Shown here one piece after another: positions 17,477 through 26,403 of a DNA stretch of 44,961 nt. Below the pieces are notes generated by a model that had not been told where the DNA came from, searched no databases, and was given only the letters and a program-made list of their open reading frames with translations. Each line of letters opens with the position of its first letter. The stretch's first letter is position 1. The stretch is from contig OMIG01000272.1 of assembly GCA_900299035.1 (NCBI GenBank), positions 1 to 44,961 of the forward strand, given 5' to 3'. Source of the DNA: Pseudomonadota bacterium (GTDB lineage Bacteria; Bdellovibrionota_C; UBA2361; OMII01). A program made the translations under genes and the position numbers.

Positions 17477-18625
17477 CTAGTAGTTGTGGACGCCAAACTT
17501 CAGCACCGTCGACTGGCGGTAGGTGTCCCCGGGGCGAAGCACGGTCGAGGGAAAGCTTGGCTGGTTAATCGAGTCAGGGAAGTGCTGCGTCTCAAGACAG
17601 AAGCCCGCGTGCTTTTGATAGCGCACTCCACCTTTTCCCACCTGAGAGCCATCCAGAAAGTTGCCGGTATAAAATTGAACGCCAGGCTCAGAGGTCACAA
17701 CCCCGAGGGCGCGACCTGAAGCGGGGTCCCAGGCATAAGCAGCGCGCTTGAACCCCAGTGAGCTCGGCAGCACGAAGGTGTGGTCGTAGCCGGGAGAGAC
17801 CATAGCTATCTGTTCGCCAATTGCCCGAGGCTTTCGGAAGTCGAAGGGAGTGGAGGCGACTGAAGGCAGTTCGCCGGTGGGAATGAGCGAGTCATCAACG
17901 GCGACGATGCGGTCCGCGTACATCTCAATCTGCTGGCTGAGAATGTCCCCCGAGTCGTGGCCTGCCAGGTTAAAGTAAGAGTGGCTCGTCAGGTTTATCG
18001 GAGTCGCTTTGCTGGTCTCTGCAGAGTAGTCGATGCGCAGCGTGTTGTTTGAGGACAGGGTGTAGGAAACATCGACGGCAACTTCGCCCGGGTACCCTTG
18101 GTCTCCATCGGGGCTTACGTGCGAGAGGGTCAAGGTAACGCTATCAGCCCCTATCTCTGTCCGCGCTTTCCACACCACACGGTCGAAGCCATTCTCTCCG
18201 CCATGCAGGTGGTTTGGGCCGTTGTTCTTTGCAAGGACATAGCGCGAACCGTCGAGCACAAAGGTGCCTTTTGCTATGCGGTTCGCGAAGCGACCGGTGA
18301 TCGATCCGAAGTAGGGGTGCCTGGCCTCGTAGGGCGAGAGCGAGTCGAACCCGAGGACAATGTCCGCTGGCTTCCCGTCGCGATCGGGCGTGATCAGGGA
18401 GCGGATAATGCCTCCCCAGGTAATGATCGATACGGAGACGCCTGAGCCGCTTGAGAGAGTGTACTCGTCGACCGCTTGCCCGTCTTTGGTCGTACCAAAC
18501 GCGTCTCTCGTTACGGACGGCCTTGACGCCGAATTAGGGTTGGCATGAATACTCATAGAGCAGCCGAAGAGAGTCAGTAGTAACGGCGAGGAGAGTAGCA
18601 GGAGCAGCGCTCGTATTCTAGACAT
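17477..18625 (-). CDS. Aldose 1-epimerase (mutarotase) family protein with lipoprotein-type signal peptide
   Basis: HLHGGENGFDRVVW and YQKHAGFCLETQHFPDS motifs of GalM-type epimerases. Start set at ATG 18625 (MSRIRALLLLLSSPLLLTLFGC). The track ORF extension to 18928 overlaps the upstream gene. Confidence 0.8.
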   Translation of the reverse strand: MSRIRALLLLLSSPLLLTLFGCSMSIHANPNSASRPSVTRDAFGTTKDGQAVDEYTLSSGSGVSVSIITWGGIIRSLITPDRDGKPADIVLGFDSLSPYEARHPYFGSITGRFANRIAKGTFVLDGSRYVLAKNNGPNHLHGGENGFDRVVWKARTEIGADSVTLTLSHVSPDGDQGYPGEVAVDVSYTLSSNNTLRIDYSAETSKATPINLTSHSYFNLAGHDSGDILSQQIEMYADRIVAVDDSLIPTGELPSVASTPFDFRKPRAIGEQIAMVSPGYDHTFVLPSSLGFKRAAYAWDPASGRALGVVTSEPGVQFYTGNFLDGSQVGKGGVRYQKHAGFCLETQHFPDSINQPSFPSTVLRPGDTYRQSTVLKFGVHNY

Positions 18626-18752
18626 GCACAGCCTCGGTTTTTGAATCGGGACTAGAAATCCGAATTCTACTTTGCCGTTCGGGAGGAGTTTTCCCCGCAG
18701 CGGCCCGGAAGTAATACCACGTTTTGCTCTACAGCCCCTCAGAAGATCGCGA

Positions 18753-19592
18753 TTAGGAGAATGAGTCCGGATCGTCTCCATCGAGTAACCCGTCGTCATC
18801 AGAGTCCGGGTCGTTCGGATCAGTGCCGAACACCGATGGCTCAAAGAGGTCATAGAGGCCGTCTTCGTCAAGGTCCGGCCTAAGCGTGCGAACGTGAGAG
18901 GGATACAGTTTTTTAATGTATGAGACAAAAACGCCCGCCAGAGCTTTGTATCCGCGCGGAGTAGGATGAATCTGGTCTGCTCCGATGAGCCGCTTGCTGA
19001 CTTGGTCGAAGCGCAGATCGGCTGGAGCCGTGGGGCTATCGGATTTTTCCAAGAGTTGGTTGAGCTCCAGGACCCACGGGCCCTGGGAGCCTCGATTGGG
19101 CAGCATGAGGACCGCTGCCACTACCAGAGGGGCGTTGCCCGCTCTTTCGGCGACCCGATTCTTGATCAGAGCCTCTGCTCGCTTGATCCGGCGAAACGTT
19201 TGAAGCGGCACGCCGAAAAACCACCTGTCGTTGCGTCCGATATCGAGAACCACCAAGTCCGCTTCATCGAGCGCTGTGGCGAGGGCTCGGTAGCTTGTGC
19301 CGCGGAACGCCTTGTTTAGGTTGAGCAGCAGCTGGACTGTGTCGAGCCCTGGGATGCCGAAATTTTCCACGGTGGCTTGCGGCAGTGACGCTTGCGCCCG
19401 CAGCACGTATCCACCCTTATTCCCGTTGTCTGAATCGCCGTAGCCAGAAACAAGGCTGTCACCCAGCACGACAACGCGCACCTGCCCATCACAATTGAAG
19501 TCCGGCAGCCCGGAAACCTTTGGGCAGCCAAACGCGTCAGAAGCGACCAGCCATACTGGCAGAAGAGCAGCGATACATCTATTCCAGCGCAT
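18753..19592 (-). CDS. Secreted SGNH/GDSL hydrolase with Asp-rich (thrombospondin-type-3-like, putative Ca-binding) C-terminal tail
   Basis: Signal peptide MRWNRCIAALLPVWLVASDAFG. SGNH blocks VVVLGDSLVSGYG, LDIGRND, DQIHPTPRGY. Tail DLDEDGLYD...DPNDPDSDDDGLLDGDDPD. Confidence 0.75.
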   Translation of the reverse strand: MRWNRCIAALLPVWLVASDAFGCPKVSGLPDFNCDGQVRVVVLGDSLVSGYGDSDNGNKGGYVLRAQASLPQATVENFGIPGLDTVQLLLNLNKAFRGTSYRALATALDEADLVVLDIGRNDRWFFGVPLQTFRRIKRAEALIKNRVAERAGNAPLVVAAVLMLPNRGSQGPWVLELNQLLEKSDSPTAPADLRFDQVSKRLIGADQIHPTPRGYKALAGVFVSYIKKLYPSHVRTLRPDLDEDGLYDLFEPSVFGTDPNDPDSDDDGLLDGDDPDSFS

Positions 19593-19784
19593 GAGAGCGA
19601 CGAATATCAGACAAGCACAAAGAGCGCAATTTTGCGCCCTGTCTGCCCTAAATTCAGGCGCTTACTGAGGGACGCAACTCCGCGCGGCAAAACCCGAACT
19701 ACTGCCTTACAAGCCTCGTCAGGCTACCGCCAAGAGACCTTGGCAGGGCTGCCGGGGGATGCAACTCAATTCAGGAGGACAGGT

Positions 19785-20744
19785 ATGGCATCAGTGGAGA
19801 GCACGAATTCTGCAGCTACGACGGTCACGTCGTCGGCAAGTGAACCTTCCCAGAGTCAGGAGGTGAATACTAACGAACAGGCCGTTGGAGCTGCGGTGGA
19901 GCCGCCAGATCTCCCAAAAGGAGAAGAAGTTGTCAGCACCGCCTCGACGGGCCTCCAAACAGCGCTCGAGGAAACGCAGCGTGCTGCGGCGCAAGCCGCG
20001 GCCACAGCAGCTAAGGGATCAGACAGCGGAGTAGCTCGTGTCTTGGAGGCAGTCGTCGGCCTCGTTTCATCTCTCGTCGGATTGCTGGGCTCCATCTTTG
20101 CCCAGAGAGATAGCTCTACCCAGGGCAGCAGTGAACCGAAAGTTGCCGCAAATTCATCGAGCTCAGGCTCCTCGTCGACAACGACAGCAGAGAGCGCCCC
20201 GAAGCCGTCTACGGGTAGCTCAAGCTCGGGCAGCGCGGAGGTAACGCCGACCAAGCCCTCAGCGCAAGCTGCGCCGCCCCTGACGCGACTACAGGCTCTG
20301 ACCGATGAAACCGGGGTAATCACTGTTCGGACTCCTGACGGATACACCCTCAAAGCTGAGGGCAAGCAGCAGGCGTGGCAGATTGTGGGTCCTGAGGGGC
20401 GCGCAACTCGCATCTGGGGCGATCCGCATGTGTCAGAGAGCGACGGCAAGAAGTGGGACTTCAAGGAGCAGAGCTCCTTCGTATTCGGCACAAACAAGGT
20501 GACGGTAGAAACCACTCCTGCCGGGAATGGAGAGACTCTCAGCCGCAGGATCACGCTGTACAACGGCACCGAGCGGGTTACCGTCGCTGGCATCGACACC
20601 AACAAGCCCTTCATCCTGGGACTAGCCGGTGATGGCAAGCAGCACGATGATTCGCTCAACGACGGGACGACGTATCGACGCAGCCTCAACAAAACCGGGG
20701 AAAGCTGGACGAAGCGGGTTGGAGGACGCAATCAGGTGATGTAG
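19785..20744 (+). CDS. Hypothetical Ser/Thr-rich protein with C-terminal GDPH (DUF1521 / metal-ion-inducible-autocleavage-like) domain
   Basis: AGGAGG lies 7 nt upstream of ATG 19785. No Sec signal. One hydrophobic helix (VARVLEAVVGLVSSLVGLLGSIF), poly-Ser/Thr linker, then RIWGDPHVSESDGKKWDFKEQSSFVF.... Confidence 0.55.
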   Translation: MASVESTNSAATTVTSSASEPSQSQEVNTNEQAVGAAVEPPDLPKGEEVVSTASTGLQTALEETQRAAAQAAATAAKGSDSGVARVLEAVVGLVSSLVGLLGSIFAQRDSSTQGSSEPKVAANSSSSGSSSTTTAESAPKPSTGSSSSGSAEVTPTKPSAQAAPPLTRLQALTDETGVITVRTPDGYTLKAEGKQQAWQIVGPEGRATRIWGDPHVSESDGKKWDFKEQSSFVFGTNKVTVETTPAGNGETLSRRITLYNGTERVTVAGIDTNKPFILGLAGDGKQHDDSLNDGTTYRRSLNKTGESWTKRVGGRNQVM

Positions 20745-20812
20745 CCGGGAAAGACATCTGCACAAAAGCAGTACGGGGTGGCCCTCAGAGATGACTCTCG
20801 AGGGCCATCGCA

Positions 20813-21304
20813 TCACCACAGCAGCGATGCGAGGAAGATTGCTAGCATCGACATGGCTATCGCCACTTTGATAACCGTTCCGATGAGAAGTCCCAGCCAG
20901 GTTGCAAGCCCGACGTTGGCGGCCCGGGGCATGCCGCTCTGGGCAATCAGCTCACCGGTGAAAGCCCCGAGAAACGGTCCGATCACCAGCCCAGGCAATC
21001 CAAAGAAGATGCCGACAATTGAGCCGGCAAAAGACCCCCAAATCGCCCATTTGCTCGCTCCGACCCTCTTCGCGCCGAGCGCAGACGAGAGAAAGTCGAC
21101 CGTCATTGAGATAATGCTCAAAATTCCAAGAATAGTAAGAGGAATCCAGCCGATCACGGAGAAATCCTGCCACCAGGCGATGAGGAGCACTCCTCCGAAG
21201 ATGAGCGGAGAGCCCGGCAGGGCAGGAAAAACGGTGCCGAGAAATCCTACGGCTATCAGGCACAGCGCAGCAATCCAGACGGCTACCAGCACGTAACTAT
21301 CCAA
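20813..21304 (-). CDS. DUF456-family small membrane protein
   Basis: Four hydrophobic segments. GTVFPALPGSPLIFGGVLLIAWW is typical of DUF456. Start proposed at TTG 21304 (GGAGG 6 nt upstream). The track ORF extends to 21397. Confidence 0.6.
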   Translation of the reverse strand: MDSYVLVAVWIAALCLIAVGFLGTVFPALPGSPLIFGGVLLIAWWQDFSVIGWIPLTILGILSIISMTVDFLSSALGAKRVGASKWAIWGSFAGSIVGIFFGLPGLVIGPFLGAFTGELIAQSGMPRAANVGLATWLGLLIGTVIKVAIAMSMLAIFLASLLW

Positions 21305-21448
21305 GGGGGACCTCCATGATTGACAGCCAAGTCGAAGGGGGAGCTTTCTCTCCCAGCTACTCATGCTCATTCGGAAGGGATTGCCCGGAGGGGGCACAAC
21401 TTTCCGGCTGGGCTCAGGCTAAGTTAGCTATCCGCCGAGAGCAAGCAG

Positions 21449-21466
21449 TTGGCAGCCTCTTTGCTT
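21449..21466 (+). promoter_or_regulatory. Sigma54 (RpoN) -24/-12 promoter upstream of fliK
   Basis: TTGGCAGcctctTTGCTT matches TGGCAC-N5-TTGCW with exact GG-N10-GC spacing, ~88 nt upstream of the fliK start. Confidence 0.6.
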
Positions 21467-21552
21467 AGAAGGGAGCAAACATACTGGTGGGATGGTGCAG
21501 GACGCAACCCCGGGCTTAAGGTAAGCCGCCCCCGAACTAGAGAGAAATCTTT

Positions 21553-23283
21553 ATGCTTCGACGCCTGCACCTCGATGAGGCCTCTCGCGCCTTGCACCTC
21601 AAAGCCCCCTCTAAAGACGGGCAAAACCAAGAAAACAACGGGGAGTCCGAGCTTGCTCTAGAGTTCTCGAGGCTGCTGGACCAAGTCCAGGGGCCTGTTG
21701 CTGCAGCGCACGACGAAGTCATGGCGCTCGGGCTAGCGTTGGCTCAGGCGATTCCACTGGTGCAGCAGAAGAGAGAGAGGGTCGATCAGAGAGATGACCA
21801 CCGCGACCCACAGAGACAAGAACAGGACGCTGGAGCGCAAGACTCAGAGATATCCTTTGACGATGCCCAAGACTCGCAGGGGTCTGCGCGCTATACCCTG
21901 GAAAACCGCGAGAGCGCCGTTGCAGAGGGTCCTAAGATGCGTGAAGCGTCTGCTTCAAATGTGCAGGTTAAGCAATCAGAAGACGAGAGCGACGGAGACG
22001 AGCGCAAAATAGCTGACTCTGTCAGTGTCGGTCCGGAACTGGTCGTCGAAGAAGAAGATTTGGAAGGGCAGTTGGCTGCCACAGCAGTCGAGGATGTTTC
22101 GGCTGAAGTGGAGGTTACTGGCCAGTCTGAGGCTGTGGTTGCAGTTGTCCAAGAGGCAGCAGATGTTGGCGGCCCTCAAGTGGAACAGGAGCTGCAAACG
22201 GTTGAGGTGAAGGCGGCCCTTCAGGAATTCAGGTTAGCCGACAACCAACAGGACTCATCAGAGGATGAGCAGGATGAAGGCGACGGTCTAGACCAGGAAT
22301 TTACTAGCTCTTCCGAGGTCATGGCTAATGCTGATGAGGTTGCGGCCCGGCAGGTTAAGCTCACGGCGGGAAAAAGTGCCGCTGAGTCAGGCGAGCCTAG
22401 CGAGATGAATCCTACAGCAGCCGGCGCACAGGCCTCTTCCTCTCAGTCGGGTGAGTCATCCAGTCTCCGGGATTTGAGGCGCGTTTCTGAAGAGGCTCGG
22501 CCAGGACTTGAGCAGCCTCGTGTTAGCAAGCAACGCGAATCTTTGTCCAAGCTCTCCCAGGCAGTAAAAGTGGAGGTGGAGCACACCGCCGGTCAATTCT
22601 CCTCTGAGCAGGGAAAAGGAGCCGCGGCCGCCTTTGATGCTGCTTTCCAGATTACTCTCCTCAGACAGGCTTTCGAGAGCCTCAGAGCCAATAAGCCGGA
22701 GGGAGAGAATGGCAAGCAGCGCTCTACGGCTTCTCAGGTAGTGGCCACTGCGGGCCTGTCTGAGACGAAATCGGCAGCGCACGAGCCTTCAGCTCGGGGT
22801 GCAAAGCAGCTTCCTCCCTCGCATGCACGGAGGATGTTAGAGAGGGTTGAGAGCACCCTCAAAGAGGCCGCCCGAAGCCGAGACGGAAAGACGATTTCGC
22901 TGCGCCTTGATCCTGCCAACCTGGGCAAGGTGAAAGTAGACGTTTCCTTGAGAGAGGGAGCGCTCCATGCTCGGCTCACTCCCGAAAACAAGCAGGTTTT
23001 GACTGCACTCCGTGAGCACGCGCCGGAGCTACAGTCCGCCTTGCGCAAGCTCGGGTTAAACGTCGATTCAGTTACCGTTACAGTTTCTTCGGAAGGGGGC
23101 CAGGACCTTTCAGACTTCGGCCGAGAGCTCAATAACGGCAAGAGTTTCCAGGAGCAGAGGAACAACCTGCCTAACGAGGACCGCCAAGTGGCTGAAAACT
23201 CTTTTGGCAGTGAACTTGCAGAACCCAGAGCTGTTGGGCCGCAGCCGGCTGAAAAGTCCGCCTCGGACCACTGGGTCGCTTAA
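21553..23283 (+). CDS. fliK: Flagellar hook-length control protein FliK
   Basis: Acidic, low-complexity N-terminal two thirds. The C-terminal Flg_hook domain is ISLRLDPANLGKVKVDVSLREGALHARLTPENKQVLTALREHAPELQSALRKLGLNVDSVTV. It is followed by flgD-flgE. The start codon is uncertain. Confidence 0.85.
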   Translation: MLRRLHLDEASRALHLKAPSKDGQNQENNGESELALEFSRLLDQVQGPVAAAHDEVMALGLALAQAIPLVQQKRERVDQRDDHRDPQRQEQDAGAQDSEISFDDAQDSQGSARYTLENRESAVAEGPKMREASASNVQVKQSEDESDGDERKIADSVSVGPELVVEEEDLEGQLAATAVEDVSAEVEVTGQSEAVVAVVQEAADVGGPQVEQELQTVEVKAALQEFRLADNQQDSSEDEQDEGDGLDQEFTSSSEVMANADEVAARQVKLTAGKSAAESGEPSEMNPTAAGAQASSSQSGESSSLRDLRRVSEEARPGLEQPRVSKQRESLSKLSQAVKVEVEHTAGQFSSEQGKGAAAAFDAAFQITLLRQAFESLRANKPEGENGKQRSTASQVVATAGLSETKSAAHEPSARGAKQLPPSHARRMLERVESTLKEAARSRDGKTISLRLDPANLGKVKVDVSLREGALHARLTPENKQVLTALREHAPELQSALRKLGLNVDSVTVTVSSEGGQDLSDFGRELNNGKSFQEQRNNLPNEDRQVAENSFGSELAEPRAVGPQPAEKSASDHWVA

Positions 23284-23302
23284 ACGTAAGGGCTAGGAAG
23301 AC

Positions 23303-23956
23303 ATGCCAAGCATTGGATACTTAGGTGCAGGACAAGCCGCGAATCTGAGCGGCACCTCTGGCACTCAGGTAAAGAAGCAGGACAACGTCGGCCGTGACGA
23401 GTTTTTGCAGCTTCTCGTCACACAGCTCAAGTACCAAGACCCGGAGGCTCCCATGGACAGTAAGGAGTTCGCGGTTCAGCTCGCGCAGTTCACCCAGGTT
23501 GAGAAGCTGGTCTCGATTGATCAGCAGCTCAGCAAGCAGACTCAGAATATGTCGTCGATGACCGGCTACCTTGGCAACAAGGTCGTTCTGTCTTCCAGCA
23601 ATGTTCAGGTAAAGGCGAGAAGCGGAGGGCAAGTTGAGCTAAACCTCTCGCAGGATGCCCAGAACGTCCGCATCCAGCTTCTCGACAAGAATGGCGCAGT
23701 AGTCGGGCAGTCTGTAGTTGACGCTCTTCCGAAAGGCAAGCAGATGGTGAGCCTGGATGGAATTGCAGTTCCTGACGGCGTCTACCGTGTGCAAGTGAAA
23801 GCCTCCAGCAAGTACGGCGCTGGCGAGTTTTCGGTGCCGGCCGCAGTTGCCGGGATCGTTTCAGGGTTTATTCCGGGCCCGGATCCTAAGTTGATAGTGA
23901 ACGGAAGAGAGATTTCAGTTGGTGAAATTCAGGAGGTCTCTATCCCGTCAGCCTGA
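23303..23956 (+). CDS. flgD: Flagellar hook assembly/capping protein FlgD
   Basis: GRDEFLQLLVTQLKYQDPEAPMDSKEFAVQLAQFTQVEKL (FlgD N-terminal signature) plus a C-terminal Ig-like segment. Confidence 0.95.
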   Translation: MPSIGYLGAGQAANLSGTSGTQVKKQDNVGRDEFLQLLVTQLKYQDPEAPMDSKEFAVQLAQFTQVEKLVSIDQQLSKQTQNMSSMTGYLGNKVVLSSSNVQVKARSGGQVELNLSQDAQNVRIQLLDKNGAVVGQSVVDALPKGKQMVSLDGIAVPDGVYRVQVKASSKYGAGEFSVPAAVAGIVSGFIPGPDPKLIVNGREISVGEIQEVSIPSA

Positions 23957-24129
23957 CACAACAGGCGCATGACGGGAGAGATTCTCTGCAGTGAAGCTTG
24001 ACGCAGGACATGGATGGACCTGCGGGGCAGTTCCTCAAGGACGAACGAGAGAAGGTTAGGCACCAAAGGTTAATCAGCCCCACTCTGGCTACAGTTCGGG
24101 TGGCGCTGTTTTGAGGATGAGAGGAACAC

Positions 24130-25416
24130 GTGGCAAGCATCATCAACGGACTCTTCGCAGGGCGCGCAGGTATCTCCAGTCACGGCTCGGCGATAGCGGT
24201 CGCTGGCGACAACATCTCTAACGCAAACACCATCGGCTTTAAGACCACCCGGGCCGAGTTCCAGGACCTCCTCGCAGGGACTGGCGTCGTTGGGCGTCAG
24301 TACGGCTCGGGCTCCTCGATCGCGGCAGTGTCGACGCTCTTCGAACAGGGGACCCTTGAGTTTACGGGGCGGCCGCTGGACATCGGAATCTCTGGAAACG
24401 GCTACTTCGTCGTTGCTCGTGACGACCAGCGCTACTTTACGCGCGCGGGTAACTTCAAGGTTGACCCCGCTGGATTCATAGTCACGCAGGGAGGACAAGC
24501 GGTCTTGGGATTCCCAGCGAATGGCAGCGGAGCGCTCGAGCCGATTAACGTGAACTCAATCCAGCAGAGTTCTATCGAGACGACGGAGGTAGGAATCGCA
24601 GGTAATCTTGATGCGTCGACAAATATCGTCGATGAGGCAGCAATCCCAGATCCAGGAGTAGTAGTGCCTCCCACCACAACCTACGCCGACCTGAACGCTT
24701 TTGCCGCGTACTCATCGGTTGTTGATGTCTTCGACTCACTTGGAGAAAAACATACAGTCAGCCTGTTCTTCTACCATACGGACATTAACGAGTACACGGT
24801 GCGTGCCTACGTCAATAACGAGGAGGTGGACACAACTGGAACTGCCACTGGCTATCCTCGTCAGGTAGGTGAGAAAGTGATTGCGTTCGGTGGCAACGGC
24901 CAGCGCAATCCGCTGCCCGTTACAGGAACCCCAGACTTCACAACCAACATCTCCTGGGTTAATGAGTCGGAGCCGGGACAGATCGATTTTACCTTCTCCC
25001 CCATGACTCAGTACTCAGCCCAGTCGAACATCCTGTCGATTACTCAGGATGGAAAAGGAATCGGCGCAGTCACAACCTTAGCTGTGTCAGCTAACGGAGA
25101 GATTTCGGCGCTGCTGACAAATGGACAAAACTCCGTGATTGGTACCCTGGCGCTGGCGACTTTCTCCAACCCTGAGGGCCTCACCCGCATCGGCGGAAAC
25201 CTCTTGTCGCTCTCAACCGCGTCCGGTGAGCCGGTGTACGGCAAAGCGGAGAGCGGAAACTTTGGGTCGCTGCAGTCCGGTGTCGTCGAGCTGTCGACGG
25301 TCGACATCGCGGCAGAGTTCGTCAAGATTATCACCCTTCAGCGCGGCTTCCAGGCAAGCTCGCGTATCATCACCACCATTAACCAGCTCCTTAACGAAAT
25401 TATCCAGTTGGCGTAA
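24130..25416 (+). CDS. flgE: Flagellar hook protein FlgE
   Basis: N-terminal rod/hook motif SAIAVAGDNISNANTIGFK. C-terminal VELSTVDIAAEFVKIITLQRGFQASSRIITTINQLLNEIIQL. GTG start with GAGAGGA upstream. Confidence 0.95.
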   Translation: MASIINGLFAGRAGISSHGSAIAVAGDNISNANTIGFKTTRAEFQDLLAGTGVVGRQYGSGSSIAAVSTLFEQGTLEFTGRPLDIGISGNGYFVVARDDQRYFTRAGNFKVDPAGFIVTQGGQAVLGFPANGSGALEPINVNSIQQSSIETTEVGIAGNLDASTNIVDEAAIPDPGVVVPPTTTYADLNAFAAYSSVVDVFDSLGEKHTVSLFFYHTDINEYTVRAYVNNEEVDTTGTATGYPRQVGEKVIAFGGNGQRNPLPVTGTPDFTTNISWVNESEPGQIDFTFSPMTQYSAQSNILSITQDGKGIGAVTTLAVSANGEISALLTNGQNSVIGTLALATFSNPEGLTRIGGNLLSLSTASGEPVYGKAESGNFGSLQSGVVELSTVDIAAEFVKIITLQRGFQASSRIITTINQLLNEIIQLA

Positions 25417-25443
25417 TAGCGGGGAGAGCAGTACCATCGTGAC

Positions 25444-26403
25444 ATGAAGTTTACTGACGATGAACTGCTCTCCGGCACGCTTTCCGGAGACTTCCGCGCC
25501 GTCGCCCGCCTGATTACTCGCATTGAGGCAGGGCACCCGCGTGCGCGTGCCCTGGCTGCGGGTCTGCGGCGTAAGGATGGTCGGGCTCACGTCGTTGGCG
25601 TCACAGGCTCGCCTGGAGCCGGCAAGTCGACTCTAGTGGACGTCATGGCGCTGGAGTACAGGAAGCAGGGTTTGTCTGTGGCGATCGTCGCTGTCGACCC
25701 CTCAAGTCCCTTCAGTGGCGGGGCCATCCTCGGAGACCGAATTCGCATGAGCCGCGCCGCCGAGGATCCGAGCATATTCATCCGTAGCATGGCCACACGA
25801 GGCTCCCTCGGCGGTCTTGCAAAAACGACGCTCGAGAGTGTGCACGTTTTGGATTGTGCGGGTTTCGATGTCGTCATTGTGGAGACAGTCGGCGTAGGAC
25901 AGGCTGAGGTAGACATCGTGCGCACCGCCGATACCTGCGCAGTCGTTCTGGTCCCAGGGATGGGTGACAGCGTCCAGATCATCAAGGCTGGATTGATGGA
26001 GATAGCCGACGTCTTTGTAATCAACAAAGCGGACCGAGATGGGGCTCTGGCACTTGAGAAGGACCTCCTCACGTTGCTTTCGCTTGCGGAAGGACCCAGT
26101 AGTCGCTGGACACCATCAATTGTTAAGACGGTTGCCACGACAGGAGATGGGGTGTCGGCTGTGGTCTCGGCTATGCAGCAGCATCTCGCTTGGCTAGAGA
26201 CCTCCCCAGAGGGAAGAAGCCGTCGGCTGCAAGTCCTCTCACAAACCATAGCGGCGCTAGCCTCAGAGTGGATAGCGCAGGCAGCCCTGAAGGGCTCTGC
26301 GGATCGGCTTCGGGCCTTGGCCGAGGAATGTATGGCCCGTAAGCGCACGCCAATAGAGGCGGCTGAGGAGCTGGTGCAATGGTCGCAGAAAGCGCAGCGT
26401 TAA
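25444..26403 (+). CDS. meaB: MeaB/ArgK-family G3E GTPase (methylmalonyl-CoA mutase-associated chaperone family)
   Basis: P-loop GVTGSPGAGKSTL, VETVGVGQ, NKAD (INKADRDG), typical ~320 aa length. Confidence 0.85.
   Translation: MKFTDDELLSGTLSGDFRAVARLITRIEAGHPRARALAAGLRRKDGRAHVVGVTGSPGAGKSTLVDVMALEYRKQGLSVAIVAVDPSSPFSGGAILGDRIRMSRAAEDPSIFIRSMATRGSLGGLAKTTLESVHVLDCAGFDVVIVETVGVGQAEVDIVRTADTCAVVLVPGMGDSVQIIKAGLMEIADVFVINKADRDGALALEKDLLTLLSLAEGPSSRWTPSIVKTVATTGDGVSAVVSAMQQHLAWLETSPEGRSRRLQVLSQTIAALASEWIAQAALKGSADRLRALAEECMARKRTPIEAAEELVQWSQKAQR

Noticed and set aside
18626-18928. An N-terminal extension of the galM-like ORF (start at 18928)
   Set aside because: It overlaps the 3' end of the SGNH hydrolase gene. 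The internal ATG at 18625 yields a canonical signal peptide, and the extension has an unnatural composition.
19856-20731. A 291-aa antisense ORF opposite the GDPH-domain gene. Similar long antisense ORFs occur at 2070-2804, 6953-7747, 20778-21296 and 25587-26348.
   Set aside because: These are typical shadow ORFs of GC-rich coding DNA. Their products are Arg/Ser/Pro/Ala-rich with no motifs or ribosome-binding sites. The opposite strand carries recognisable proteins in every case.
17104-21400. Genomic island integrated at the tRNA-Met gene
   Set aside because: There is no integrase, excisionase or transposase, and no direct repeat of the tRNA 3' end in the same orientation. The flanking genes (rluB, galM-like) look chromosomal. 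The adjacent repeats belong to a family also found away from tRNAs.
24050-24125. Candidate sigma54 elements upstream of flgE (AGGCACcaaagGTTAA and TGGCGCtgtttTGAGG)
   Set aside because: Both lack the conserved GC of the -12 box at the required spacing.
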